This document shows positions 8,644 to 17,403 of a DNA stretch of 38,842 bases, piece by piece; positions within the stretch are counted from its first letter, which is position 1; each line of letters opens with the position of its first letter. This DNA is from a bacterium. GTDB lineage: Bacteria > SZUA-182 > DTGQ01. The position numbers and the translations under genes are program-made. The notes under the pieces were generated by a model. That model was not told the DNA's origin. It did not search any database and was given only the letters and a program-made list of their open reading frames with translations. The DNA is taken from positions 1 through 38,842 of the forward strand of contig JBFMGO010000046.1 of assembly GCA_040752695.1 (NCBI GenBank). The letters run 5' to 3'.

Positions 8644-9020
8644 AGTTTTTCTTCCCTTGCTCAAAGCGAGTTGCTCTGTATACTTAATGAAGTATATGTA
8701 TCCATTAATTTGGTAATATTCAATGTGCTCCGGTATCGAGTACCTGATCAATTATAGCGGCTTGCAGTCGTATGCACTACACATAATACGCTATCATTGG
8801 CGGTTTAGCGGCAACTATTGGAGTCTCGTCAAGCGAAAGCCACTATAGGATATTGAGGAGCAACTGGAGCTTTCGCTCAGAATGACACGGCTGGGTAAAT
8901 TGAGCCCAGGGGTCATTATCTTCCCCCTCAATCGGAGCTTGACTGGTCGCCAGCCGAAAAGCGGGGATAGTGCAGCTTTTTTCGCTGCACTGCAAAGAGA
9001 AGGGAGGAAATAAGCAATCT

Positions 9021-11036
9021 ATGGGAAAAAGATCCTTTATGTGCCTGATCATTGGACTTTTGTGTCTCGGTCCGGTTTCTTTGCCAGGGGCCGAGGAGGA
9101 GGTGCATTATCTCGATCCTGTTATTGTCTCCGTGGACAGAATTCCCCAAACCCTGACTCAATCGACCAGTTCAGTTACCGTAATCAGCGGGGAAGAGCTG
9201 GCTGATGCCTCCCCTGCGCGAATCGATGAAATACTGAGAGGGACTCTGGGCGCATCCATAAATACCTCCGGCACTCCTGGAGAGACTATCTCGGTTCGTT
9301 TGCGAGGGAGCGGCAATAACCAAACCATGGTCTTAATTGACGGTATGAAGGTTAATTCTCCCTGGAATGGCGCCTATGGAGAATGGGGCAATACGGAGAT
9401 GACCGACATTGGCCGGATCGAGATTATTCGCGGGCCCCAAAGTGAACTGTATGGCTCGGAAGCCATAGGAGGGGTAGTGCATCTTTTTACCGGGAAAGGA
9501 GAGGACTCCCGCGGCCTTGAGATCTCCTTAGGAGGGGGAAGTTTTAAAACGAAGAAGGAATCTCTGGAGTATGCCGGCGGAGGGGAAAATGTCAATTTTC
9601 TCCTTTCCGCATATCACACAAAATCACGGGGACAGTATGATAACAAAGACGCTTACCGCAATGCCGGCCTTGCAGCAGGATTCGGCTGGCAGGCCAGTCC
9701 CCTGTTTTCTCTCAAAGCGGTCTGCCGGTACAGAGAAAACAGAAAAGAACTGGCGGTAAATCCGGATGAATTTTTCTTTCTGGATTCAAACGCATCCGTT
9801 TATCTGGGACCTGATAATCCTGATAAACACCAGCAGACCATGTTCTGGGACAATGACGGCGTCCGGCGCGATCGTTTCTTCCTGCAAACCCTGTCCGCAG
9901 AAGGAGACCCCAGCCGCTGGTGGCATTACCGGCTGAATGCAGGCTACTTGCAGGACCATTACCGAGCCGAAAAAGGATTATATTACGGCACTACCACTAC
10001 CTTTATTGCCGACATATTGAGTGACCGGCTGTCAGTAGGGACACAGCACGACTTTACCCTGTCCGACGAGCTTCCCAATACCTTCAGCCTGGGAGTGGAA
10101 TACGAACAGGAGACTGTAGACGCAGAGCAGGATTTCACCGGTGATCCCAACGACATCATCCCTCCCTTGCGGTCAGTGTTTTTTGACACTGTCGATAAGA
10201 ACCGGCACAACCTGTCCCTGTTTTTCCAGAACCGGCTTGAGGTGCACCCTTTGACCATAACCGCCGGACTCAGATGGGACGATAACTCAGCCTACGGAGA
10301 GGTCTTTAGCCCCCGCATCAGTGAGTCCTTCTGTATCGACCCGACCAAAACCCGCCTTAAAGCCAGTTGGGCACAAGGGTACAGGGCTCCTAACTTTCAG
10401 GAACTCTATTTTCCTTTCCTGGGAAATCCCGATCTCAAACCGGAAAAATGCACCGGTTTTGAAGCGGGTTTCGAGCAGCCCATTCTGGACAGGCTCTCTA
10501 TCGGATGCACCTATTTCCACACCAAATTCGAAGATCTTATCTCCAAGCCAGGCGGTGCCCGCAATATCAATGCCGCCGTTGTCGAGGGGATCGAAGGGGA
10601 ACTCGCCTGGGATCCTCTTCCCTCGTTAGGGTTTCGGATTTCCTATACCTGGCTCGATTCGCAGGACAAGAAGACGAATAAAGAACTTACTGACCGGCCG
10701 AATCATACGGTTAAGATAGCGGCTGACTACAGCTATGCGGGATTTTCCGTGCATCCACTCGTCAACATAGTCAGCAGTGAATATGCCGATTACGCCTCAC
10801 TGGACCTTCAGGGGAATCCGATTAAAGAGCGCAATCCTGGCTACACGCGAGTGGATGTGACCTTTCAATACGAAATTGTCCATCAGTACGCATCGAAAAG
10901 CCATTGCCTGTCAAAAGGCCGGCTGCAGTGGTATGGCCGTATCAATAACCTGTTTGATGAGGACTACTGCGAGGTGCAGGGTTTTCCTACCCCTGGAATA
11001 AATTTTATGACCGGCATTACGGCTGCATTTTACTAA
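9021..11036 (+). CDS. TonB-dependent outer-membrane receptor (plug + beta-barrel, BtuB-like fold)
   Basis: Signal peptide, TonB-box-like DPVIVS, plug motif RIEIIRGPQSELYGSEAIGGVV, GNPDLKPE, INNLFDEDY, C-terminal aromatic residue. Start at ATG 9021 after AGGGAGGA; the ORF track starts at 8970. Confidence 0.92.
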   Translation: MGKRSFMCLIIGLLCLGPVSLPGAEEEVHYLDPVIVSVDRIPQTLTQSTSSVTVISGEELADASPARIDEILRGTLGASINTSGTPGETISVRLRGSGNNQTMVLIDGMKVNSPWNGAYGEWGNTEMTDIGRIEIIRGPQSELYGSEAIGGVVHLFTGKGEDSRGLEISLGGGSFKTKKESLEYAGGGENVNFLLSAYHTKSRGQYDNKDAYRNAGLAAGFGWQASPLFSLKAVCRYRENRKELAVNPDEFFFLDSNASVYLGPDNPDKHQQTMFWDNDGVRRDRFFLQTLSAEGDPSRWWHYRLNAGYLQDHYRAEKGLYYGTTTTFIADILSDRLSVGTQHDFTLSDELPNTFSLGVEYEQETVDAEQDFTGDPNDIIPPLRSVFFDTVDKNRHNLSLFFQNRLEVHPLTITAGLRWDDNSAYGEVFSPRISESFCIDPTKTRLKASWAQGYRAPNFQELYFPFLGNPDLKPEKCTGFEAGFEQPILDRLSIGCTYFHTKFEDLISKPGGARNINAAVVEGIEGELAWDPLPSLGFRISYTWLDSQDKKTNKELTDRPNHTVKIAADYSYAGFSVHPLVNIVSSEYADYASLDLQGNPIKERNPGYTRVDVTFQYEIVHQYASKSHCLSKGRLQWYGRINNLFDEDYCEVQGFPTPGINFMTGITAAFY

Positions 11037-11160
11037 GTGGTTTTATCGTAAAGTACCGAGAGCAGCAAGCAATCCGTCAATCGCAGCGGCGGCTCCTGGT
11101 GGCCACTTCGAACGGCGCATTTTGTTAGCGATAGGACTACCTCAGTACACCGCACATTAA

Positions 11161-11227
11161 GAGGCTATCCCAAAACCCCATTTCAGGTGAATGATTACAC
11201 CTGTTGCCGGAGGTTTTGGGATAGCAC
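11161..11227. repeat. Short palindromic / MITE-like element
   Basis: gctatcccaaaacc (11164-11177) pairs with ggttttgggatagc (11212-11225), with an inner caggtg/cacctg pair, flanked by taa on both sides. Confidence 0.5.
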
Positions 11228-11240
11228 TAAGTGTACAGTA

Positions 11241-11284
11241 ACCTCCTCTATTCCCCCTTTGATAAAGGGGCTTGAGGGGATTTT
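11241..11284. repeat. REP-like hairpin (cccctttgataaagggg)
   Basis: GC-clamped palindrome at 11254-11270. A similar hairpin, tcccccttaagaggggga, lies at 19982-19999. Confidence 0.4.
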
Positions 11285-11389
11285 CAACATGGAATAAATC
11301 TTGCTCTTTCTTTCCCTATAAATGTTGGGAGGGGATTGCAGAGTAATTCCCGTAAGTCTACCTTTAACCGTCTATCATAATGCTTAAGG

Positions 11390-13165
11390 ATGAAATCTCC
11401 ATCGATTAATCATGTATCTACGAAAATATCCATTAAACTCATATGCCTGCTGGTTCTCTCTGCTCTGGCTCCTCTTAGCGTCTATGGGATCTTCTCTATT
11501 TATACCTCAAGAAAAGCATATTATCAATCCGCCTCGGAAGGGAACAAGCATGTAGCCATTGGAACTGCTGAGCAGATTGAGCTTTACGTAAAAAATACCC
11601 ATAATATCCTGCAGGGGCTGGCCAGCAATATTAATCGAATTTATCTGAACAAGTGGCAAAAAGAGGTTATCATCAGGAATTTCGTTATCAACTTTGACGA
11701 ATTCAAGAAGATTTCCATCATTAACTCCAATGGTCGAGAGGTGGCCAGCAGCAGTCTGGATGAAAACCCATTTGACTGGTCACATGAAGAGTCTTTCAAA
11801 AAGGCCATGCAGGGAGAGGTCTATTTCTCTGAAGTCTTTATCTCTGACAATCTGGTGCCTTCCATGATTATTGCGCTTCCCATTAAGGGTTCCCATATCG
11901 TTGACGGTGTTATCCTTGGGGAGGTTGACCTTTCGGCTATGTGGAACCTGGTGGACGGAATTAAAATGGGAGAAAATGGCGTTGTTTTTGTGGTTTCCCG
12001 CACAGGGCTTCTTATCGCCCACGGAAAGAGCGAGCGGAAACCGGATGTCTTCAAACAGAGGAACATGAGTGACTTTGAGGTCGTCAAATCCGTCCTGCAG
12101 GGTAAAACCGCCGCGCGAACCTATCAGAACGAAGATGGTCTTCAGGTATTGGGAATCGGTTATCCCATGAAAATGCTAGGATGGGGGGTGATTGCCGAGC
12201 AGCCTACCAGAGAAGCGTACAAGGTAGCTATCAGCATGACCCGCTCCCTGTCCGCACTCACCGTTCTTTTTCTGGTGATTATGATTACCATCGGTATTAT
12301 TGGAGGAAAGCAGGTAACCAGGCCTATTTATGAGTTGGTCGAGGCAACCAGGGCCATTGCCGCAGGGGACCTCACCAGGAAGGTGAGAGTCTCTTCCAGG
12401 GATGAATTCGAAGGGCTGGCCAATTCGTTTAACCTGATGACCGAAAGACTGGTCGAGCTCAAGGAGGAGATCCGTCTGCGCGAGCGATTATCGATCTTTG
12501 CCAGAATAGCCGCCGGTCTGGTTCACGACCTGAAGCATCCGATCAAGAACATCGAGAACAGCAGCAGTCTTATCCTGCGCTTCTACTACGATCAGGAATA
12601 CCGTGAGGTATTCCGCAAAACGGTTCAAAGAGAGTTCCTCAACATTAATCAGTTCCTGAACGACCTGCATAATCTTACTCATCCGACTCCCATAGCGCTC
12701 ATAGAGTTGCCTGTCGAGGCTATTACCAAGGAAATCATCAATCTTTACACAGACGAAGCCCGCCAGAAGGGGATTGAATTAAAGTTTTTCTCTCAGGCCC
12801 AGGACGTACGGATACTGGCTGACAGGTTCCTGTTTGAGAGAATCATCAAGAACCTGGTCACGAACGCCATAGAAGCCATGCCTGGCGGCGGCACCGTGCG
12901 TATCACCCTCACCAGGGATGACAGGTATGAAAGTGGAAGAGGAGCGGTCAGGATATCGGTGGAAGATACCGGCCAGGGAATACCCAAAGAGCGGATTGAT
13001 ACTATTTTCACCGACTATATCACTACCAGGAAAAGAGGGCTGGGACTGGGACTGGCTATAACCAAAAAAAATGTCTCAGAACTCGGCGGGAGTATAACAC
13101 TGCACAGTGAAGAAGGGAAAGGCTCTACCTTTATCCTAACCTTTCCTCTTCGTCATAATCAGTAA
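11390..13165 (+). CDS. Membrane sensor histidine kinase (Cache-HAMP-HisKA-HATPase)
   Basis: Two TM segments flank a dCache-like periplasmic domain. HAMP (RPIYELVEATRAIAAGDL...DEFEGLANSFN), H-box VHDLKHP, N-box NLVTNA, DTGQG, GLGLGL. Confidence 0.92.
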   Translation: MKSPSINHVSTKISIKLICLLVLSALAPLSVYGIFSIYTSRKAYYQSASEGNKHVAIGTAEQIELYVKNTHNILQGLASNINRIYLNKWQKEVIIRNFVINFDEFKKISIINSNGREVASSSLDENPFDWSHEESFKKAMQGEVYFSEVFISDNLVPSMIIALPIKGSHIVDGVILGEVDLSAMWNLVDGIKMGENGVVFVVSRTGLLIAHGKSERKPDVFKQRNMSDFEVVKSVLQGKTAARTYQNEDGLQVLGIGYPMKMLGWGVIAEQPTREAYKVAISMTRSLSALTVLFLVIMITIGIIGGKQVTRPIYELVEATRAIAAGDLTRKVRVSSRDEFEGLANSFNLMTERLVELKEEIRLRERLSIFARIAAGLVHDLKHPIKNIENSSSLILRFYYDQEYREVFRKTVQREFLNINQFLNDLHNLTHPTPIALIELPVEAITKEIINLYTDEARQKGIELKFFSQAQDVRILADRFLFERIIKNLVTNAIEAMPGGGTVRITLTRDDRYESGRGAVRISVEDTGQGIPKERIDTIFTDYITTRKRGLGLGLAITKKNVSELGGSITLHSEEGKGSTFILTFPLRHNQ

Positions 13166-13272
13166 CACCGGGTGCTTCCGTGCCGGGTGCCGGGTTTTTG
13201 CGTGCTGGACTTAACCGGTGACTGATCACTGATCATTGATCACCGGGCACTGGTCATTGACCACCGGTCACC
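13166..13272. repeat. Short tandem heptamer repeats between convergent genes
   Basis: ccgggtg-type units, then gactgat/cactgat/cattgat/caccggg/cactggt units. Confidence 0.55.
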
Positions 13273-16200
13273 AGTTGAAGCCCCTTGGGCAGGGACTCGC
13301 CAAAGACAAGGCTTTGCTCCCTGGATTGATAATGACTTACCTCTATGACACTCTGAATGGCCTGGTCCAGCGTAATCACCTCATGTTTTCGACTGTCCTC
13401 CCTGAGTGCCTCTTCCCTGGCCTGGGTAAAAAATGCTATGAGCTGGTCCCTGACCGAGTCCCTTATGTCCCGTGCCCGATCGGAGGTCTTTCGGGCCAGT
13501 TGGGTCAGGGCAAAAGTCTTTTCATCTCTGGGAAGCGTTTGTATTTTTAACAGGCGTACGACCCATTCCTCCGCAGTTTCAGCAGGAACAACCGAATGGA
13601 CGCTGCCGTAAAGGGGCTGGCGTGCCCCGATTCTGGCTAAAGCCCACAGATCGGCCGGCAGGGATTTGCCCAGCGACAGGCGATCCAGCAGGATACTGCC
13701 CATGGTTTCTTTGGTTTTTATGTCCAGCCGCTCAAGGCTCGCGCCCAGTCTCCACATTTCGGCCAATTCATGTAAAGATGGCTTCGGTCCTGCGGGAGCT
13801 TTTTTCTGGGGGATAAGATACGGCATAATTTTCCGGAAGATTTCCATCTGGTGATTCTGGTTGAGCCCACCGGCCACTCTCCGGCAGAGAATCCAGGTCT
13901 GATTTTTGACTTCCCGGTCTTTCATGTCCTTTATCCCCTGAGGAAGTACTTTCCACAGGTTTTTTATCCGCCACTCGTCCAGAGGATAACCGAATCCCGG
14001 ACGCAGGCAAAAGCCTAAAAGATTCAACCATCGTGCTTCCTGGGTTGCGGAGCGCCCCTTTTGCCCTGCGAATTCAAGGAGCATTTCGCTCATCTTACGT
14101 AAGGTGAAAATGGGCCAGGACTGCCGGGGGGCATCGAGCGCTTCTTCCATTTTTTTAAAGAGATTATCCGGCGTCACTTTTCCCGCTTCCGGCTCTCTTG
14201 CACCGTCACCAAAAACCGATGACAAAAGCGGCCTCACCTTCTCTACATCCAGGGCTTCTCCTTCCCCGGCGGCAGGCTCTAAATCTTCCACAAGCGAGGA
14301 GACAGCCTTTTGTTTTTTAACCTCCCGGATCCCAAACTGGAGTCTCCACTGCCGGTCTCCCTCCCTGGAGACGCACCATAATTCCAGGGTTCCGATCTCA
14401 GTCAGCCTGGCCCGCAGGTGCACCGGCACTTTTTTATGCTTGGCCCGGCCCCGGCGTAAAATGGTCTGAATCGGCGGAAGGAGCCGAAAGGACTCATCCA
14501 TCGTCTCCGATCCTTTTGCCGACTCCTGCGACTCTTCCTGCTTTGCGCTTTCTGTCGGTTCTTCAGGCTCCTGTGGCTCTGGCCGCATTGAGACATCCGA
14601 TACGGTAACCGGCAGAATGTCTCCGGCCTGGTCCAAAAGGCGGGTGCTGGAGGTGTAGAGAGGAAAACTCACCGGCTCGCCAATCAAAAGAACAAATTCT
14701 TTATCTTTGATCTCGACCTCCTGGCCTTCCTCCATTTTTCGGGGAACCAGGCACAGGGCCCTGGGGGTATGTTGTGCTCCCACATCTTTTTGCTCTTCGG
14801 TGCCGACACCTATGTAGTAGGACCGGCCAATACCTCCGCTGATGCGAATACCTTTCCCCTGCCGGACCTGCCCGTAATAGGCTGCGCCGTAAGCAACAGC
14901 CAGATCCCCCATTTCGGGGAAGAGAACCGTCGGGCTCCATCTGTTTTCAGCCTCACCGGACCCCTGTCCATGGTTTGCCGGGAACCAGCCCTCCATGATC
15001 CGGACAACCCTGTCCTGCAAAAACCTGGGCTTGAGTGCACCGCCGTTGAAGAGAATGGCATCGGGTCTGGCCAGATCCGCGTCAGGCTGGCCTGTCTTCT
15101 CCCTCAGTTCCCGGATACTGGCCTGATGCTTGCGCAAAAAGGAAGCAAGGTGCCGGGACACGGCGGTATCCTGTACATAGGGAAGCCCCCACTCCTGCAG
15201 GCCCATCCGGGATGAGCGGACCGGCTCTTCTTCCAGCCTGCTTATGGGAAAAAAGCCATTTTCGACAATCTCCTTCACTAGTTCCCTGCTCAAATCAAAT
15301 TTCAGGGTGCTCCCGATCAACCGGCTGCTTCGGTCCTGAACGACAATCGGCCAGGAGGTATGCTCGTAAGGTTCGCTTAAAAGCTCCTCTTTGGCCCTTC
15401 GGCAGCCGTGACACAACATTGACCATTGGCCGGAATCGAGTTTTCCCGCCTGGCCCGTCAGCTTGACCTCGATATGACGGGCCAGGGCCATATCGATGTT
15501 ATCCCCGCCCAGAATCAGGTGATCACCTACAGCCACGCGGGTGAACACAGGCTTGCCTCCCTCTTCCTGCACGGTAATCAGGCTGAAATCGGTAGTGCCG
15601 CCCCCCATATCGCAGATAACCACGATCTGGCCGTTGTGCAGGTACTGATGCCAGGAGTCGCGGTTGGTGGCGATCCAGGCATAAAAGGCAGCCTGAGGCT
15701 CTTCCAGGAGGGTTACCTTTTCAAGACCCGCTTTCAGCGCGGCATCCAGAGTCAATTCCCTTGCCACCTCATCGAAAGATGCGGGAACGGTCAGGATAAC
15801 GTCCTGATTTTGCAATTGGTTTTCCGGCTCCCCTTGAGCCATCTCGTGGTTCCAGGCATCGCGGATGTGCTGTAAATAGCGGGAAGAAGCTTCCACGGGA
15901 GAGAGTTTTTCCAGATCCTTTCCCCCGCTCCAGGGTAAAATGGCGGCTTTGCGATCAACTCCGGCATGGCAGAGCCAGGATTTAGCCGAAGAAACCAGAC
16001 GGGACGGCACACTGGCCCCCAGTTTCTTGGCAAATTCACCCACGACAAAGGTAATTTCCCTGTCCCAGGGCAGGCGGATGTTTTCCTGCATCAGCTCATG
16101 CGGTCCGGCCAGATACAGGTAAGAGGGAAGCATCGGCAGGGAAGAAAGATTCCCCTCGGAAACCAGTTGCAGGGTTCGGAAGATTTTAATCTCTCCTGCG

Positions 16201-16334
16201 GAGCTGTTTTCCACATAGGCCACCGCACAGTTAGTGGTCCCGAGGTCAATACCAACGGTAAAGGGTGCCGGCCGTTTTCCCGAAGGTATTGGCACGGTTG
16301 GTGATTTTACTTTCGAAGAATGATTCATATTCAT
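13254..16334 (-). CDS. Atypical Hsp70-family protein with long C-terminal extension (DUF3731-like)
   Basis: GIDLGTTNC, TVPASFDE, LLEEPQAAFY, DMGGGTTD, LGGDNID. C-terminal helical region containing WLNLLGFCLRPGFGYPLD. Confidence 0.85.
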   Translation of the reverse strand: MNMNHSSKVKSPTVPIPSGKRPAPFTVGIDLGTTNCAVAYVENSSAGEIKIFRTLQLVSEGNLSSLPMLPSYLYLAGPHELMQENIRLPWDREITFVVGEFAKKLGASVPSRLVSSAKSWLCHAGVDRKAAILPWSGGKDLEKLSPVEASSRYLQHIRDAWNHEMAQGEPENQLQNQDVILTVPASFDEVARELTLDAALKAGLEKVTLLEEPQAAFYAWIATNRDSWHQYLHNGQIVVICDMGGGTTDFSLITVQEEGGKPVFTRVAVGDHLILGGDNIDMALARHIEVKLTGQAGKLDSGQWSMLCHGCRRAKEELLSEPYEHTSWPIVVQDRSSRLIGSTLKFDLSRELVKEIVENGFFPISRLEEEPVRSSRMGLQEWGLPYVQDTAVSRHLASFLRKHQASIRELREKTGQPDADLARPDAILFNGGALKPRFLQDRVVRIMEGWFPANHGQGSGEAENRWSPTVLFPEMGDLAVAYGAAYYGQVRQGKGIRISGGIGRSYYIGVGTEEQKDVGAQHTPRALCLVPRKMEEGQEVEIKDKEFVLLIGEPVSFPLYTSSTRLLDQAGDILPVTVSDVSMRPEPQEPEEPTESAKQEESQESAKGSETMDESFRLLPPIQTILRRGRAKHKKVPVHLRARLTEIGTLELWCVSREGDRQWRLQFGIREVKKQKAVSSLVEDLEPAAGEGEALDVEKVRPLLSSVFGDGAREPEAGKVTPDNLFKKMEEALDAPRQSWPIFTLRKMSEMLLEFAGQKGRSATQEARWLNLLGFCLRPGFGYPLDEWRIKNLWKVLPQGIKDMKDREVKNQTWILCRRVAGGLNQNHQMEIFRKIMPYLIPQKKAPAGPKPSLHELAEMWRLGASLERLDIKTKETMGSILLDRLSLGKSLPADLWALARIGARQPLYGSVHSVVPAETAEEWVVRLLKIQTLPRDEKTFALTQLARKTSDRARDIRDSVRDQLIAFFTQAREEALREDSRKHEVITLDQAIQSVIEVSHYQSREQSLVFGESLPKGLQLVTGGQ

Positions 16335-16372
16335 GATTTTTCAGCTAGTTATCATTATCGTCATCAGTATGG

Positions 16373-17335
16373 TCAGGGAATCCCGACTCTTTTTTTTACC
16401 TCGCGCATCGTTTCGGCGGCAATGGACCGGGCTTTGTCAGCTCCGGCTTTTAACACTTTTTTCACGGACTCCGTATCCGCATCCAGGGCCTTTTTTCTTT
16501 CCCGGTGAGGGGCAAAATACTGCCAGACCGCCTCCAGGAGGGCTTTTTTTACCTCTCCGTATCCTATGCCTCCTTGCAGGTAGCGGTTTTGCAGGTCTAC
16601 GGTCTCATCCGGGGAGAGGAAAAGCTTATAGAGATTGAAAACAGTACAGGCAGCAGGGTCTTTGGGCTCTTCCACACTCTTGGAGTCGGTTACGATACTC
16701 ATGATCTTTTTCTTAAGCTGGTTTTTTTCGGCAAAGATTTCGATGGTATTATTATAAGATTTTGACATTTTTTGACCATCTATGCCTGGAACTACTGCTA
16801 CCTCCTGGCTGATCTCCGGTTCAGGGATGGTGAATACATCCCCGTACTGTGCATTGAACTTAAGGGCGATATCACGGGTAACCTCAAGGTGCTGCTTCTG
16901 ATCCTGCCCCACCGGGACCCTCTGCGAGTGGTAGAGAAGGATATCCGCGGCCATCAGAACCGGATAGGTAAACAGGCCGGTGTTGGGGCTGATTCCTCTG
17001 GCGGTTTTATCTTTATAAGAATGGCATCGCTCCAGGAGGCCTACCGGAGTCAAATTGGATAAAAACCAGGTGAGCATCGTTACTTCTTCTACATCGGACT
17101 GGACCCAGAAGATCGATTTTTCGGGATCAAGGCCCAGGGCCAGGAAAGTAGTGGCCGCATCGAGGGTCTGTCTGGCCAGTATCTGGCCGTCATTCACCGT
17201 AGTCAGGGCATGAAGGTTGGCGATAAAACAAAAAAGCTCATGCTGCTCCTGATATTCAATCATTTTTCTCATCATGCCGAAATAGTTTCCAATATGAAAA
17301 CTACCTGACGGCTGAATGCCCGATAGTATCCGCAT
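16373..17335 (-). CDS. trpS: Tryptophan--tRNA ligase
   Basis: SGIQPSGSFHIGNY (HIGH motif), YPVLMAADIL, VPVGQDQKQH, KMSKS. Confidence 0.97.
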   Translation of the reverse strand: MRILSGIQPSGSFHIGNYFGMMRKMIEYQEQHELFCFIANLHALTTVNDGQILARQTLDAATTFLALGLDPEKSIFWVQSDVEEVTMLTWFLSNLTPVGLLERCHSYKDKTARGISPNTGLFTYPVLMAADILLYHSQRVPVGQDQKQHLEVTRDIALKFNAQYGDVFTIPEPEISQEVAVVPGIDGQKMSKSYNNTIEIFAEKNQLKKKIMSIVTDSKSVEEPKDPAACTVFNLYKLFLSPDETVDLQNRYLQGGIGYGEVKKALLEAVWQYFAPHRERKKALDADTESVKKVLKAGADKARSIAAETMREVKKRVGIP

Positions 17336-17403
17336 AATTCATCTTACTCCTTCTATCGTATGTATCACAAGTATCACTTGTATCACTTATTCTTGCGTAT
17401 CAC

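Noticed and set aside
8644..9020. Cobalamin riboswitch / btuB assignment
   Set aside because: Conserved B12-element motifs were not found by eye, so no gene symbol is given.
13166..13272. CRISPR array
   Set aside because: The units are 7-nt degenerate tandem repeats without spacers, and there are no cas genes. No CRISPR array, tRNA or rRNA was recognised anywhere in the window.
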